Origin: Candidatus Nanoarchaeia archaeon
Lineage (GTDB): Archaea; Nanobdellota; Nanobdellia; SCGC-AAA011-G17; GW2011-AR18
Direction of reading: 5' to 3'
Assembly (NCBI GenBank): GCA_035289905.1
Contig: DATDVT010000045.1
Span: 132 to 64,131 of the forward strand
DNA length: 64,000 bases
How positions within the stretch are numbered: position 1 is the first letter of the stretch; the number at the start of each line of letters is the position of its first letter. Below are positions 37,955 to 48,580 of this stretch, in pieces. Under the pieces are notes generated by a model that worked only from the letters and a program-made list of their open reading frames with translations, had not been told where the DNA came from and searched no databases. Made by a program: the position numbers and the translations under genes.

Positions 37955-39351
37955 CGACTCATACCAATAGCAAATTTTAAACCCAACCAATACTTCTTAA
38001 TGTCATTAAAATTTTTTACTCTTTTTATATGTTTTATAATATATTTTGGTCTAAAATAAAACTTACGATAGGCCTCTTTTTGAATCCTAATTAATTCATC
38101 CACAGAATTATAACCCTTAGGTAAAAATACTACTTTAAAAACAGAATAATCATTTAAATTTTCATTAATTATTTTTCCTTCTTCTTTACACTGATCATAT
38201 AACTTTGTACCTGGATAGGGTGTTGTAAATAAAAACTGAACATAATCTAAATCTAAATCTAATGCAAAATCAATGGTTTTGTTAGCCATTTCTAGGGTTT
38301 CTCCAGGTAAAGCTAACATAAAAGAACCTCTTACTTGAATACCTGCTTCTTGTGCCCATCTAACCGCATTACGTGATTGTTCTAAAGTAATATTTTTATT
38401 AATTTTATCTAACAATTCTTGATTACCACTTTCTAAACCATAAAATATATTCCAACAACCACTTGAAGCCATTTTTTTTAAAATCTCTTGATTAACATAA
38501 TTAACTCTAGCATAACAACTCCACCTAATCTCAATATTTTCAGACTTTAATAAATCACAAAACTCATTTACCCATTTATTACCAATAACAAATTCATCAT
38601 CCCAAAAACTAATCTCTTTTATTTTATATTCTTTAATTAAATATTTTATTTCTTCAATTGCTCTTTGTGGACTTATTCTTCTATATTTATGTCCTAATCT
38701 TCCTGCCTCAAAACAAAAGGTACACTTTCCATATCCACATCCTCTTCCAGTAATCATATTTGTAATGGGTAAAATGTTATATTGATTAGGCAAAGGAATA
38801 TACTTTTCCATCTCAAAAAAATCTCTACGTGGAATAGGTATTTGATCTAAATCTTCAATAATTTCTCTTAAACCTGCGAAAATAAGATTGCCATTTTCTC
38901 TAGAATAAACTCCTTTAATATCTTTATTAAAAGAAGAATTAATTAATTCTAAAAAACTATATTCTCCCTCTCCCACAATAACAAAATCAACAAAATCATT
39001 TTCTTTTAAAATTTTTTGAGGTATACAAGAAGCATGAGGTCCACCAATTATTATCTTAACTCCTAATTTATCTTTTAAATGTTTTGCGATCTCTATGCCT
39101 TTATTATAAATATTAACTAAAACAGAAATACCTACTACATCTGGTTTAAATTCTTTAACAAACTCACAAATTTCATCTAAAGAAAGATTATTTACTTGCA
39201 AATCTAAAATTTTAACACTGTGGTTATTTTCTTCTAAAACTGTACCTAGATAAGCTAAACCTAATGGGGGCAAATAGCCTCTATCAATCTTTACTTTATT
39301 AGAATATCTATCTTCTAAATCACATTGAGGAAAAATTAAAATGATTTTCAT
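37951..39351 (-). CDS. cobalamin-binding class B radical SAM protein (Cx4Cx2C)
   Basis: 466 aa; GRGCGYGKCTFC; paralogue of 16417 gene. Confidence 0.8.
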   Translation of the reverse strand: MKIILIFPQCDLEDRYSNKVKIDRGYLPPLGLAYLGTVLEENNHSVKILDLQVNNLSLDEICEFVKEFKPDVVGISVLVNIYNKGIEIAKHLKDKLGVKIIIGGPHASCIPQKILKENDFVDFVIVGEGEYSFLELINSSFNKDIKGVYSRENGNLIFAGLREIIEDLDQIPIPRRDFFEMEKYIPLPNQYNILPITNMITGRGCGYGKCTFCFEAGRLGHKYRRISPQRAIEEIKYLIKEYKIKEISFWDDEFVIGNKWVNEFCDLLKSENIEIRWSCYARVNYVNQEILKKMASSGCWNIFYGLESGNQELLDKINKNITLEQSRNAVRWAQEAGIQVRGSFMLALPGETLEMANKTIDFALDLDLDYVQFLFTTPYPGTKLYDQCKEEGKIINENLNDYSVFKVVFLPKGYNSVDELIRIQKEAYRKFYFRPKYIIKHIKRVKNFNDIKKYWLGLKFAIGMSR

Positions 39352-40217
39352 TTCTTCCTTGCAATTAATCTAATTTCATGCTGTAGGTTTAGAATATTAG
39401 AGAACAAGTATAAAAACCTAGCGAAAAACTTTATTATTTTATCCTGTTCAATATTTTCCAAAGGCATTTCACTTTTTTCTTTCCAAATTATTTTAAAACC
39501 ACCATCTTCTAAATATCTATTAATATATTTTAATTTAAAATGATAATTATGATGAATTGGATGTATTAATTTTATAAACCTTTTAAATCTTTTGAAACTT
39601 AATTTATAAGAAAAATCAGCTAACCACCCCATTAAACTATTATCATTAACCGTTAATATAAAAATAATTCCATCTTTTTTTAATAGTCTATTAACTTCTG
39701 CTAATAACTGTTTAGGATCAGGCGCATGCTCAATCAAATCCCACATAGTAATTATATCAAATGAATTGTCTTTTAAATTTAAATCCTCTAATTTACCACA
39801 TTCAACATTTAAATTAAACCAATTCTTAGCACATTTACAGGCATAAGAAGAAACATCAACTCCTTTTACATTAAAACCATTTTTTTTAGCCATATCTAAA
39901 AAAACACCGGTTGCTGAACCAACATCTAATAATATTCCGTTTTTTTTAATCTTTTTAATTCTATTCAAAACTCTTAAAAAATTTTGTAATTTTTTACTTT
40001 TATTTATACAATTTTTATAATCCCTACCACAATCAGCAAAAAAATTAGCATGAATGCTCTTAAAATAATCTATAGAATAAAGATCTTTTTTAATAATAGA
40101 ATCTTGATCTGTAAATAACAATCCACAACCAATACATTTTAATAATTTATAATCTTCAAAATTAGCATATACATAACTCTTTCCTCTACACAGATTACAA
40201 CTTTTCATTATATCCAT
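39348..40217 (-). CDS. class I SAM methyltransferase with N-terminal Zn-ribbon
   Basis: 289 aa; CNLC...CIGC; LLDVGSATGVFLD; 4-nt overlap with downstream rSAM. Confidence 0.65.
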   Translation of the reverse strand: MDIMKSCNLCRGKSYVYANFEDYKLLKCIGCGLLFTDQDSIIKKDLYSIDYFKSIHANFFADCGRDYKNCINKSKKLQNFLRVLNRIKKIKKNGILLDVGSATGVFLDMAKKNGFNVKGVDVSSYACKCAKNWFNLNVECGKLEDLNLKDNSFDIITMWDLIEHAPDPKQLLAEVNRLLKKDGIIFILTVNDNSLMGWLADFSYKLSFKRFKRFIKLIHPIHHNYHFKLKYINRYLEDGGFKIIWKEKSEMPLENIEQDKIIKFFARFLYLFSNILNLQHEIRLIARKK

Positions 40218-40307
40218 TTTAAATATTACAATTCGTTCAATTTAATTCATAATTTTTAAAAATTGATTAGCCAATTCCATTATAAATAATTTATAAACAT
40301 TTAGTTT

Positions 40308-41825
40308 TTAAAAAATAGGCTTCTCATACAAACAAGCCCTTTCCCTTTGGACTATAAATTTAAAATCACATTCTAGTAAAAAATCACAATCCTTTCCATA
40401 ACTAAATACTTGATCTATATCTAATTTATCCAAACCTTTTAAAAAACCATCACAATTTCTATTAAAAAAAGAATCTGTTAATACGTCTAATTTCTTTAAA
40501 TGCTCTGAATTGACCATAATCCAAGCCCACCCCCCTGCACTAATTGCATTATAATAAATAGAGCCATATGATACCATAGCACTAGTAAATAATCTTTCTG
40601 GTGGAAAAGAGCCCATAGTTATATAAGGTTTATCTATAAACTCAAAAATCTCTAAAACAGAGCTTTCATTCATAGTAGGAACGACAAAGAAAGGAGTATG
40701 CCACAAACTAATTAAAATAAAAAGAAGAGGTATAACTACTAAAGAAATATTCCAAGCGATCCTAAGCCATTTATTAGACAGTTTAATACTAAAATAAAAA
40801 AATAAAACAAAAAACATCAAAAACTGTAAAACAGGATCAGGATATAAATGTTTAAACAAAGGGATATATGGAATTAATCTAAATAGATATAATAGAGTGA
40901 ATAATAAAACTGGGAAAAAAAATAAAAATTCATTCCATTTAACTTTTTTATCTTTAAAAATATAAATAAAAAATAAAAATAAAAAAACCAAACAAAAAAT
41001 TAACCCTAAAATATTTGACCATTTAAATCCTCCATAAAAACGGAATAACCAATTAGAAAAAATAAAATCGTCAACAACCAATTCTCTAGAACGAACAATA
41101 AATGTATATAACCAAGGTAAAGATAAAACAATACCTAATAAAGAAGTTAAACCAATATAAATCCAATCTTTTAAGTTTCTTTTAACTAATAATCCTAAAA
41201 TAACTAGACTAGCAAGAATAGTCTCGGCAGAATGTGTAACAATTAATAGGGCAAATACAGGTGCAACCAATAAAAATCTTTTATCTAATTCCCTATTTCT
41301 ATAATAAAACACTATCAAAATCAAAATCAATAAAAATATCCAACCTAACATTTGAGGCAATCTCATTTGTCTTATGTAATCCCCAACAGCCATAGGACTT
41401 ACAAAGAAAAAGAAAAAGAAAATTATAGATTTTAATTTAGAAAACCCATTTAATCTACAAAAATAATAACAAATTATAAACCCTAAAAGAAACATTACAA
41501 TTAGTGTCACAAATGCAGTAATCTTTACATCACCAAATATCTTAAAAAAAGGATATGCAAAAAATATCCATCCAGGAGCATAAACATCAAAGGTTATAAT
41601 ACCCGGAGGATAGTACCAATCTAAAATATGAGTATGATAACCATATTTAGCAAAAAAATGCAACATGTTCATATAACTAGAAATATCATTAATATGATCT
41701 AAAGGAAAAATATAAATTATTTTAGATTGATCTACTAATCTAAAGATTAAATAACCAAATAATAAGATAATAGGTACATAATACAAAATCTTCTTTTTAA
41801 CCATAATTAGATTGCTAACAAACAA
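40308..41825 (-). CDS. polytopic membrane protein with C-terminal soluble domain (GT-C/polymerase-like candidate)
   Basis: 505 aa; many hydrophobic helices; no recognised motif. Confidence 0.3.
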   Translation of the reverse strand: MFVSNLIMVKKKILYYVPIILLFGYLIFRLVDQSKIIYIFPLDHINDISSYMNMLHFFAKYGYHTHILDWYYPPGIITFDVYAPGWIFFAYPFFKIFGDVKITAFVTLIVMFLLGFIICYYFCRLNGFSKLKSIIFFFFFFVSPMAVGDYIRQMRLPQMLGWIFLLILILIVFYYRNRELDKRFLLVAPVFALLIVTHSAETILASLVILGLLVKRNLKDWIYIGLTSLLGIVLSLPWLYTFIVRSRELVVDDFIFSNWLFRFYGGFKWSNILGLIFCLVFLFLFFIYIFKDKKVKWNEFLFFFPVLLFTLLYLFRLIPYIPLFKHLYPDPVLQFLMFFVLFFYFSIKLSNKWLRIAWNISLVVIPLLFILISLWHTPFFVVPTMNESSVLEIFEFIDKPYITMGSFPPERLFTSAMVSYGSIYYNAISAGGWAWIMVNSEHLKKLDVLTDSFFNRNCDGFLKGLDKLDIDQVFSYGKDCDFLLECDFKFIVQRERACLYEKPIF

Positions 41826-41859
41826 TTTATTAATTTGCGCATTTTATAAAATATAGATT

Positions 41860-42795
41860 TTATGATTTAAAATCTTTCCATTTTAAACTAATAAAAAAAC
41901 CAGCTAAAGATGGGATAATTAATACTAAAAACATAGACAAAACAGAGAAAGCAACAACATCAGAAAAAGGTACACCAAACTTTCCAAATAAAAAACCCAT
42001 AGTTAATTCTCTAGTTCCTAATCCATTAATAGTTATTGGGATCATACTTATAAAGGTGACAATTGGGATAATTGACAAAAATGCAAAAAAAGAAATTTTA
42101 AACCCAAAAGATAATGCAACAATATATGCAAAGATATAATCTCCTAACCAATATAATAAAACAATAAAAAAAGAGTTGTAACATTTTCTAATTGGTGGTA
42201 AACTTTCATAAAAACTATCAAAAATTTCTTTTAATTTCTCTTTATATTTTTTAGGTGTAAACATTTCATAGAATAGCCGACAAACCTTAATACTTCTTTT
42301 TTTACTATAAAAAAACCAAAAAGCAATCAAAAAACAAATTAAAAATATAATTAAATAAATTAAAAAATTATTAACAATATTCGCAACAAAAAAAATGGAA
42401 AAAAAAGCTAATCCTAAAATTGCTAAAACATCAAAAACCCTTTCTAAAAAAAAACTTGAAGTACACTTACCTAAATTTTCTTTACAATAATCCTTCAAAT
42501 ATACAGATCTTATAATGGCCCCCCCCCTAGAAGGAGTAATAGAACCATAATATATGCCTATCAAGCTTATTAAAAATAGTCTAAAAAAAGGTACTTTAAA
42601 TCCTTGCAATTTTAAGATTACAAACCATTTATAAGTATAAAGCATTAATAAAGGAACAACCATTAAAACAGCAATTAAAAAATAGAATAAATTTATTTTT
42701 TTAAAACTACTTGTTAAATCAGTCCAACCTATATGCCATAATATATATACAAAAATGATAACTCCAATTAAAGATAACCATTTTTTATAATCCAT
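41860..42795 (-). CDS. UPF0104 / flippase-like (LPG-synthase TM) family membrane protein
   Basis: 311 aa; TINGLGTRE motif. Confidence 0.5.
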   Translation of the reverse strand: MDYKKWLSLIGVIIFVYILWHIGWTDLTSSFKKINLFYFLIAVLMVVPLLMLYTYKWFVILKLQGFKVPFFRLFLISLIGIYYGSITPSRGGAIIRSVYLKDYCKENLGKCTSSFFLERVFDVLAILGLAFFSIFFVANIVNNFLIYLIIFLICFLIAFWFFYSKKRSIKVCRLFYEMFTPKKYKEKLKEIFDSFYESLPPIRKCYNSFFIVLLYWLGDYIFAYIVALSFGFKISFFAFLSIIPIVTFISMIPITINGLGTRELTMGFLFGKFGVPFSDVVAFSVLSMFLVLIIPSLAGFFISLKWKDFKS

Positions 42796-42846
42796 TATCT
42801 AAAAAACTATAAAACAATATATAAAACTTATTATTTAAAAAAAATA

Positions 42847-43572
42847 ATGAAAAAATTGTGGTTAACGTTTGATATAGAAGAATTTGATTTACTTAAGAGG
42901 TATAACAATAAAGAATCTATCTATGAGATCTCAAAAAATGGTACGATTAACATATTAAATCTTTTAAAAGAAACAAACATTCAAGCAACTTTCTTTGTTA
43001 CTTTATCTTTTGCAAAAAAATATCCAGAATTAATACTTAAAATAAAAGAGGATGGTCATGAAATTGGGTCACACGGATACCAACATTCACATGACTATTC
43101 TAAATTAAAAAATCCTATAAAATATTTAAAAATTGCGAGAGAAGAATTAGAAAAAATAACAAAAACAAGAATAATAGGATTTAGAGCCCCAAATTTAAAA
43201 GCCCCAAAGTACAGTATTATTAAAAAAGCTGGCTTTGAATATTCATCTAATCTCCACCCTACATTTATTCCTGGATATTATAATAATTTAACAAAACCAA
43301 CGAAACCATTTATAAAAAACGGAATAAAAGAATACCCAATTACAGTATTCCCTTATCTAAGATTACCTTTATTTTGGATTGCATTTAGATTTCTTCCATT
43401 AATTTACTTTAACCTAGCATATAGACTAAATAAGAATTACTTCATGCTTTATTTTCATCCGTGGGAATTTATTAATTTAAATAAAATAAAACAACTTCCA
43501 TTTACTATAAGATATAATACAGGGAAAAAATTAATTTTTAAATTAAAAAAATTCATTACTGAAAATCCTTAA
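42847..43572 (+). CDS. polysaccharide deacetylase (carbohydrate esterase 4 / NodB-like)
   Basis: 241 aa; LTFDIEEFD (motif 1-like), IGSHGYQHSH (His-x3-His metal motif). Confidence 0.5.
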   Translation: MKKLWLTFDIEEFDLLKRYNNKESIYEISKNGTINILNLLKETNIQATFFVTLSFAKKYPELILKIKEDGHEIGSHGYQHSHDYSKLKNPIKYLKIAREELEKITKTRIIGFRAPNLKAPKYSIIKKAGFEYSSNLHPTFIPGYYNNLTKPTKPFIKNGIKEYPITVFPYLRLPLFWIAFRFLPLIYFNLAYRLNKNYFMLYFHPWEFINLNKIKQLPFTIRYNTGKKLIFKLKKFITENP

Positions 43573-45013
43573 TATGCCCTAATACAGCTTTAACTCCCCT
43601 TAAAGTATATTTAACATCATCGAAACTTCTTATTTTATATAAATGTCTTAGAATATATTTTGGATTCCAAAATATTTTTGTATAAATCATATGACATATT
43701 CCTAATACCTCTTCATTGCTCATATCTATAGTTTTCAAAACAGTCTCTCTCATATCATATCTTTCATAAAATTTAGAATCAAATCTAAACCAACCCCTTT
43801 CTAAAGCTTCTTTATGCAATGGCGTTCCAGGATAAGGTATAACAACAGTCGATTGTAAAATATCTGCATCTCCTCTAAGCATTAATTCTTTAGCTAATTT
43901 CAATGTATTCATAGCATCTACTCTACTTTCCCAAGGATAGCCTATTATCATAGTCAAATGAACAATTAAATTATATTTCTTAATTAATTTACACCCTCTA
44001 ACAATTTGTTCTATTTTAATACCTTTATTTATTCTATCTAAAGTGTCTTGATTGCCACTCTCCAAACCCAATTTCAATAACCTAAAACCTGCTTTTTTCA
44101 TTAATCTTAATTTTTCATCTGATAAAAAATCAAACCTCATATTGCAACTGAATCTTATTTTTTTGCTATACCCCCTATCAATCATACCTCTACAGAATTC
44201 TTCTAACCATTCTCCGCCAGGAAAAGTTCCGCTATCATCAAAGATCTCCTTAATAAAATATTTTTCTATTAGTACACCTATTTCATCTAATACATTATTA
44301 ACACTTCTAGCTCTAAATTTAGGAAATAAAACAGGCCAAGCGCAAAACTTACACTTCCCGTAGGGACAATCTCTTCCAGCCATGATGTACATAAAGGGTC
44401 TTGCAGGGATATTATATTCAATATTATATGAAGAACATCTAGTTAATTCTCTATCAATAAAAGGTAAACTATCTAAATCATTTTTATTAAGATTCAAAGG
44501 TCCAGAATTTTTTACTTTATTTTCATCCTTAAAATAAATTCCACTCTTTAAATAATCTATTTTACCTAAAATATAATCACAAATACTTAATAAAGAAAAA
44601 TCATAATCTCCCCCTGTAATAACATAATCAACTAAAGAGTTATCAAAAGATTCTTCAGGTAAAGCAGTAACATGATCTCCCATTAAAACAACTTTAATAT
44701 AAGGATTAATTTCTTTTAATTTATTAATCCAATTCCAATGTAATTTAACCACTGGAGTTTTAGTTTCTAAAGCAATCAAATCTACTTTTTCTTTAATAAA
44801 AAATTCTAAAAACTCTTCTTCAGATAAACCCTCAACAATTGCATCCTTCCAAATAACTTCATAACCTTTAGAATCTAATAAAGTAGCTGCTGACGCTGGA
44901 ATTATCGGAAATATGTAAGTAGGATTATTAAACCATTGAAACTGACGATTCTGAGTTAATAAAGGAACACCTTTATTACTCTTTAATGGGGGATAAGCAA
45001 TCATTATTTTCAT
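43556..45013 (-). CDS. cobalamin-binding class B radical SAM protein (Cx4Cx2C)
   Basis: 485 aa; GRDCPYGKCKFC; distinct subfamily N-terminus MKIMIAYPPL. Confidence 0.75.
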   Translation of the reverse strand: MKIMIAYPPLKSNKGVPLLTQNRQFQWFNNPTYIFPIIPASAATLLDSKGYEVIWKDAIVEGLSEEEFLEFFIKEKVDLIALETKTPVVKLHWNWINKLKEINPYIKVVLMGDHVTALPEESFDNSLVDYVITGGDYDFSLLSICDYILGKIDYLKSGIYFKDENKVKNSGPLNLNKNDLDSLPFIDRELTRCSSYNIEYNIPARPFMYIMAGRDCPYGKCKFCAWPVLFPKFRARSVNNVLDEIGVLIEKYFIKEIFDDSGTFPGGEWLEEFCRGMIDRGYSKKIRFSCNMRFDFLSDEKLRLMKKAGFRLLKLGLESGNQDTLDRINKGIKIEQIVRGCKLIKKYNLIVHLTMIIGYPWESRVDAMNTLKLAKELMLRGDADILQSTVVIPYPGTPLHKEALERGWFRFDSKFYERYDMRETVLKTIDMSNEEVLGICHMIYTKIFWNPKYILRHLYKIRSFDDVKYTLRGVKAVLGHIKDFQ

Positions 45014-46232
45014 TTTTTAACCTCATAGTATAAATAAATAAAATAACAAACAAGATACTTATTAAAATTACTAAATTTGAAATAACATTTTTTAAACTAT
45101 TATGTCTAAAATAAATCAAAAAAATCTCCAAAATATTAAATAAAAATAAAATAAAAAGGATTTTTGACTTATTCATAATAACTAAAAAATAGCCCAAGGC
45201 TAATAATAAAGCATTAAATGAGATAAAAATACAATATAAACCCAATAAATTTGCAATTGGTAGAAAAGTAGATCCATAAAACAAAGTTAAAATTAAATTA
45301 GGAAATAAAAAATAAAAAATAAGTACAGGTAATAAAAAAATCAAAATCATTCCTAAAGATTTAAGCAATAATAACTTAGCTTCTTTAACTGGCTTTAGAG
45401 AGAGCTTAGGAATCATTACTTGGCTTATAGAAAGAGATCCTGCTAAAATAATTTTTCCTAGAACTGTTAAAGCAATATAATAGCCTGCTTCTTCTAAGCT
45501 AAAATAATGTTTAATCATAAAAACATCTAGTGTATAAAAAGCAGTCAAAGAAAATAGCATAAAAACAAAAGAAAAAGAATCAAAAACTGAAAAATTTATA
45601 GAATTTGAATAGCCTTTTTTAAATAATTTATTAAGAATTAAAATCCCTAAAATAATTGGTAAAAGATTAGATAAAAAAACTGCAAAAACTGCACCAAAAA
45701 CATTAAATCCTAAAAAAAAGAAAATAACTACTGAAAAAAGTTTAATAAAACCTTCAAAAATATAATTTAAACCTAAATATTTAAACCATTGTAAACCCTG
45801 AAGAATTCCTCTTACTAACGCTAATAGAAAAAGAACTATGAAGAATAAACCCATAAGATAAATATAAAAAATATGGATATTCAAATAATCAGCAATCAAT
45901 CCTGAAAACAACAAAAAAATAACCATCAAAAAAAAACCATATAGGATAAATCTTTTTAAAAAAAATTTAAATAAAAGATTAATTGCTTTATAATTTTTAG
46001 AAATACTTAATTCTGAGACTTGTTTAGCAATATTATTTTGTAATGCATAATAAAATATAGCCAATAAAGTCAAGATACTTAACAAAGAACCAAGTAAGCC
46101 GTAATTTGCAGGGCCTAACCAACGCCCGACTAAAAAATGATATAAAAATCCTAAAAAATTTCCTAGATTAAAAGCAAAAAATAATATTAAATTATCTAAA
46201 ATTAATTGATTAGATAATAATTTTTTAAACAA
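44976..46232 (-). CDS. Wzx-type oligosaccharide flippase (MOP superfamily)
   Basis: 418 aa; 12-TM-like hydropathy, Wzx-like N-terminus. Confidence 0.55.
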   Translation of the reverse strand: MFKKLLSNQLILDNLILFFAFNLGNFLGFLYHFLVGRWLGPANYGLLGSLLSILTLLAIFYYALQNNIAKQVSELSISKNYKAINLLFKFFLKRFILYGFFLMVIFLLFSGLIADYLNIHIFYIYLMGLFFIVLFLLALVRGILQGLQWFKYLGLNYIFEGFIKLFSVVIFFFLGFNVFGAVFAVFLSNLLPIILGILILNKLFKKGYSNSINFSVFDSFSFVFMLFSLTAFYTLDVFMIKHYFSLEEAGYYIALTVLGKIILAGSLSISQVMIPKLSLKPVKEAKLLLLKSLGMILIFLLPVLIFYFLFPNLILTLFYGSTFLPIANLLGLYCIFISFNALLLALGYFLVIMNKSKILFILFLFNILEIFLIYFRHNSLKNVISNLVILISILFVILFIYTMRLKNENNDCLSPIKE

Positions 46233-47228
46233 TCAAATCACCCATATTAACAAAGCAAAAAATAATTCAATTAAAATAAAAAACCGCATTATTTGTTTTT
46301 CAGTATATTCTCCTTTATTCGTAAATATATGCATTAAAGAATATATTTTATTATAGTCTGTTTTAATTCTACCATTAACCCACCTTCCATAACACTGAGC
46401 TTTAAAATTACTTCTTAACTTTAGAATAAATTCTAAGATGAATGGTATTGACACAATAATAGCTGCTTTTTCAAGATTTCCAACAATAGCAATCACTGCT
46501 AAACCCCCACCCATAAAATAAGTTAAAGAGTCTCCTGGGAAGATTTTTGCAGGATATTTATTATACAAAAAAAAACCCAATAAAGCTGAAAACATCATTA
46601 AACTAATTAAAGCAGCAATATAACTTTGATTAACAAATGCAAATAAACCTAAAGAGCCGATGTAAATAATTCCCATACCGACTTCTAAACCATTAATTCC
46701 TCCTAGCAAATTAACCATATTAGAAGCACCAACAACGCCAATAGGAACAAATAATAAAGGATATAATATCCCAAAATTAAATCTACCTAAAAAAGGAACC
46801 CATACTACTTCTTGTCCAGCGCTTATAACAATTAAAGGAATTGCAGCAAATAAGGTCAATAATGGCTTTTGCCATTGGGTTAAACCATAACTTCTATCTT
46901 TTTCTTTATTGATTATCAAATCATCAAAAAACCCTACAAAAGTAATTATAATAATAGATAACAAAGAAGCAAATAATACAATAAGATTCTCTTTTGTTAA
47001 GATTATAGTCTGAAGAAGAAAAGTTCTAAAAAAAATAAATATAAAAACACCAACCAACATACCAACTACAACAATTAAGCCTCCAGATTGTGGAACTAAA
47101 GGTTTATCTTTCTTATTCTGATCTTTAACAACTAAATTAAGTTTCTTTAAATAAATAATTAACTTAGGTGTACCTAAATAAACTATTAGAAAACTCATTA
47201 TTGCACAAAAAAGATTAAAATAATTCAT
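46233..47228 (-). CDS. polyprenyl-phosphate HexNAc-1-phosphate transferase (MraY/WecA/AglH family, GT4-PNPT)
   Basis: 331 aa; FFDDLI (DD motif), ASNMVNLLGGINGLEVG (NxxNxxDGxDGL-type motif). Confidence 0.75.
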   Translation of the reverse strand: MNYFNLFCAIMSFLIVYLGTPKLIIYLKKLNLVVKDQNKKDKPLVPQSGGLIVVVGMLVGVFIFIFFRTFLLQTIILTKENLIVLFASLLSIIIITFVGFFDDLIINKEKDRSYGLTQWQKPLLTLFAAIPLIVISAGQEVVWVPFLGRFNFGILYPLLFVPIGVVGASNMVNLLGGINGLEVGMGIIYIGSLGLFAFVNQSYIAALISLMMFSALLGFFLYNKYPAKIFPGDSLTYFMGGGLAVIAIVGNLEKAAIIVSIPFILEFILKLRSNFKAQCYGRWVNGRIKTDYNKIYSLMHIFTNKGEYTEKQIMRFFILIELFFALLIWVI

Positions 47229-47348
47229 ATTGTAAAAATAAAAAAAAGAATTATAAAGCTTTCTAGTTCTAAAAATAGAATTTATAATTAATGTAAAGCA
47301 TAAATAGAAATCAGAGTTACTAAATCATTAAAAAATATTTAATATATT

Positions 47349-48503
47349 TTATTTGGAGATTTTCTTTTTTTCACTTTCATAGATTTTCAATGTTTCTTCA
47401 GCAATCTTATCCCAAGTATAGTCTTTCACTTTTTTAATATTGCTTTTAGAAAATTTCTTAGATAGATCAGAATCATCTAATACCTCTAAAATTCTTTTCT
47501 TCTGTTCTTCTAAGTCACCATATCTTACTAAATATCCATTTACTCCATCTTTCACTTCATATGGAACCCCATTACAAGGTGTAGCAATTATAGGCAATCC
47601 AGAAGCCATAGCCTCAAAAAGTGTCAAAGGTAGTCCTTCCCTATAAGACGGTAAAACATACAAATTAGAGGCCTGATACATCTCGTTTATTCTTTCGTGA
47701 GGCCAAGTTCCAAGAACATGAATCATTGGATGATTATCAACAATTCTTTTAACTTCATCCATCAAACCTTCATCAGGGCCAACAATAGCAAATTCAATAT
47801 CATTCCTTTCCTTTAAAATCATTTTTGCTAGTTTAGCAAAGTGATCAGGCGCTTTTGTTGGATTTAACCTACCAAAAAACAAGACTAGTTTATTATTCGG
47901 ATCTTTCATAATCTCTTTTCTAAAAGAATTACTCTTCACCTTTTTAAATAAACTAGCATCCATGCCATTATGCAAAACAGTAATTTTACTTTCATTAACC
48001 CACTTTTTAAGAATAGGGACCTCCCAAGGAGTAATAGCAATAATCCTATTACATAAATTAAAACTTAAATAATTAAAAAAGTTGTCAGTAAAAAATAAAG
48101 CAAACCTAACTGGCCAAGGTCTAAATTTATCAGTCCATGGACAATGTGTTGTATGAATATGTGGCTTGCCTTTTAATTTTGCTATCAAACCTGTAAATAA
48201 AATATAATCGTGTGCACCAACATGTGAATGAACAATATCAAATTTATATTTTAATAACATCCAAATCACACCTGGAAAAATATGTGTATTCAAAGAAAGC
48301 CTCAACCAATACCTAGCTCTATGGACCCTAATATCATCAATAACTTCATATTTTTTCTTTATTCTTTCATGCTTATCCCCATCACAACAAAAAACATCAA
48401 CTTGGTGACCTTGTTGGACATATCTAGTAGCTAATTTTTCTATAACCTTTTCAACTCCCCCTATAGTGGGTTTATAAAACATACTAACCATAGCGATTCT
48501 CAT
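47349..48503 (-). CDS. glycosyltransferase family 4
   Basis: 384 aa; EGLPLTLFEAMASGLPIIATP. Confidence 0.75.
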   Translation of the reverse strand: MRIAMVSMFYKPTIGGVEKVIEKLATRYVQQGHQVDVFCCDGDKHERIKKKYEVIDDIRVHRARYWLRLSLNTHIFPGVIWMLLKYKFDIVHSHVGAHDYILFTGLIAKLKGKPHIHTTHCPWTDKFRPWPVRFALFFTDNFFNYLSFNLCNRIIAITPWEVPILKKWVNESKITVLHNGMDASLFKKVKSNSFRKEIMKDPNNKLVLFFGRLNPTKAPDHFAKLAKMILKERNDIEFAIVGPDEGLMDEVKRIVDNHPMIHVLGTWPHERINEMYQASNLYVLPSYREGLPLTLFEAMASGLPIIATPCNGVPYEVKDGVNGYLVRYGDLEEQKKRILEVLDDSDLSKKFSKSNIKKVKDYTWDKIAEETLKIYESEKKKISK

Positions 48504-48580
48504 AAAAAAAAGAAAAGAAAAAAGAATATAAATATTACTTATTAAAAAGATATTTAAAGGAAAAAAGATATACTAAAAAA

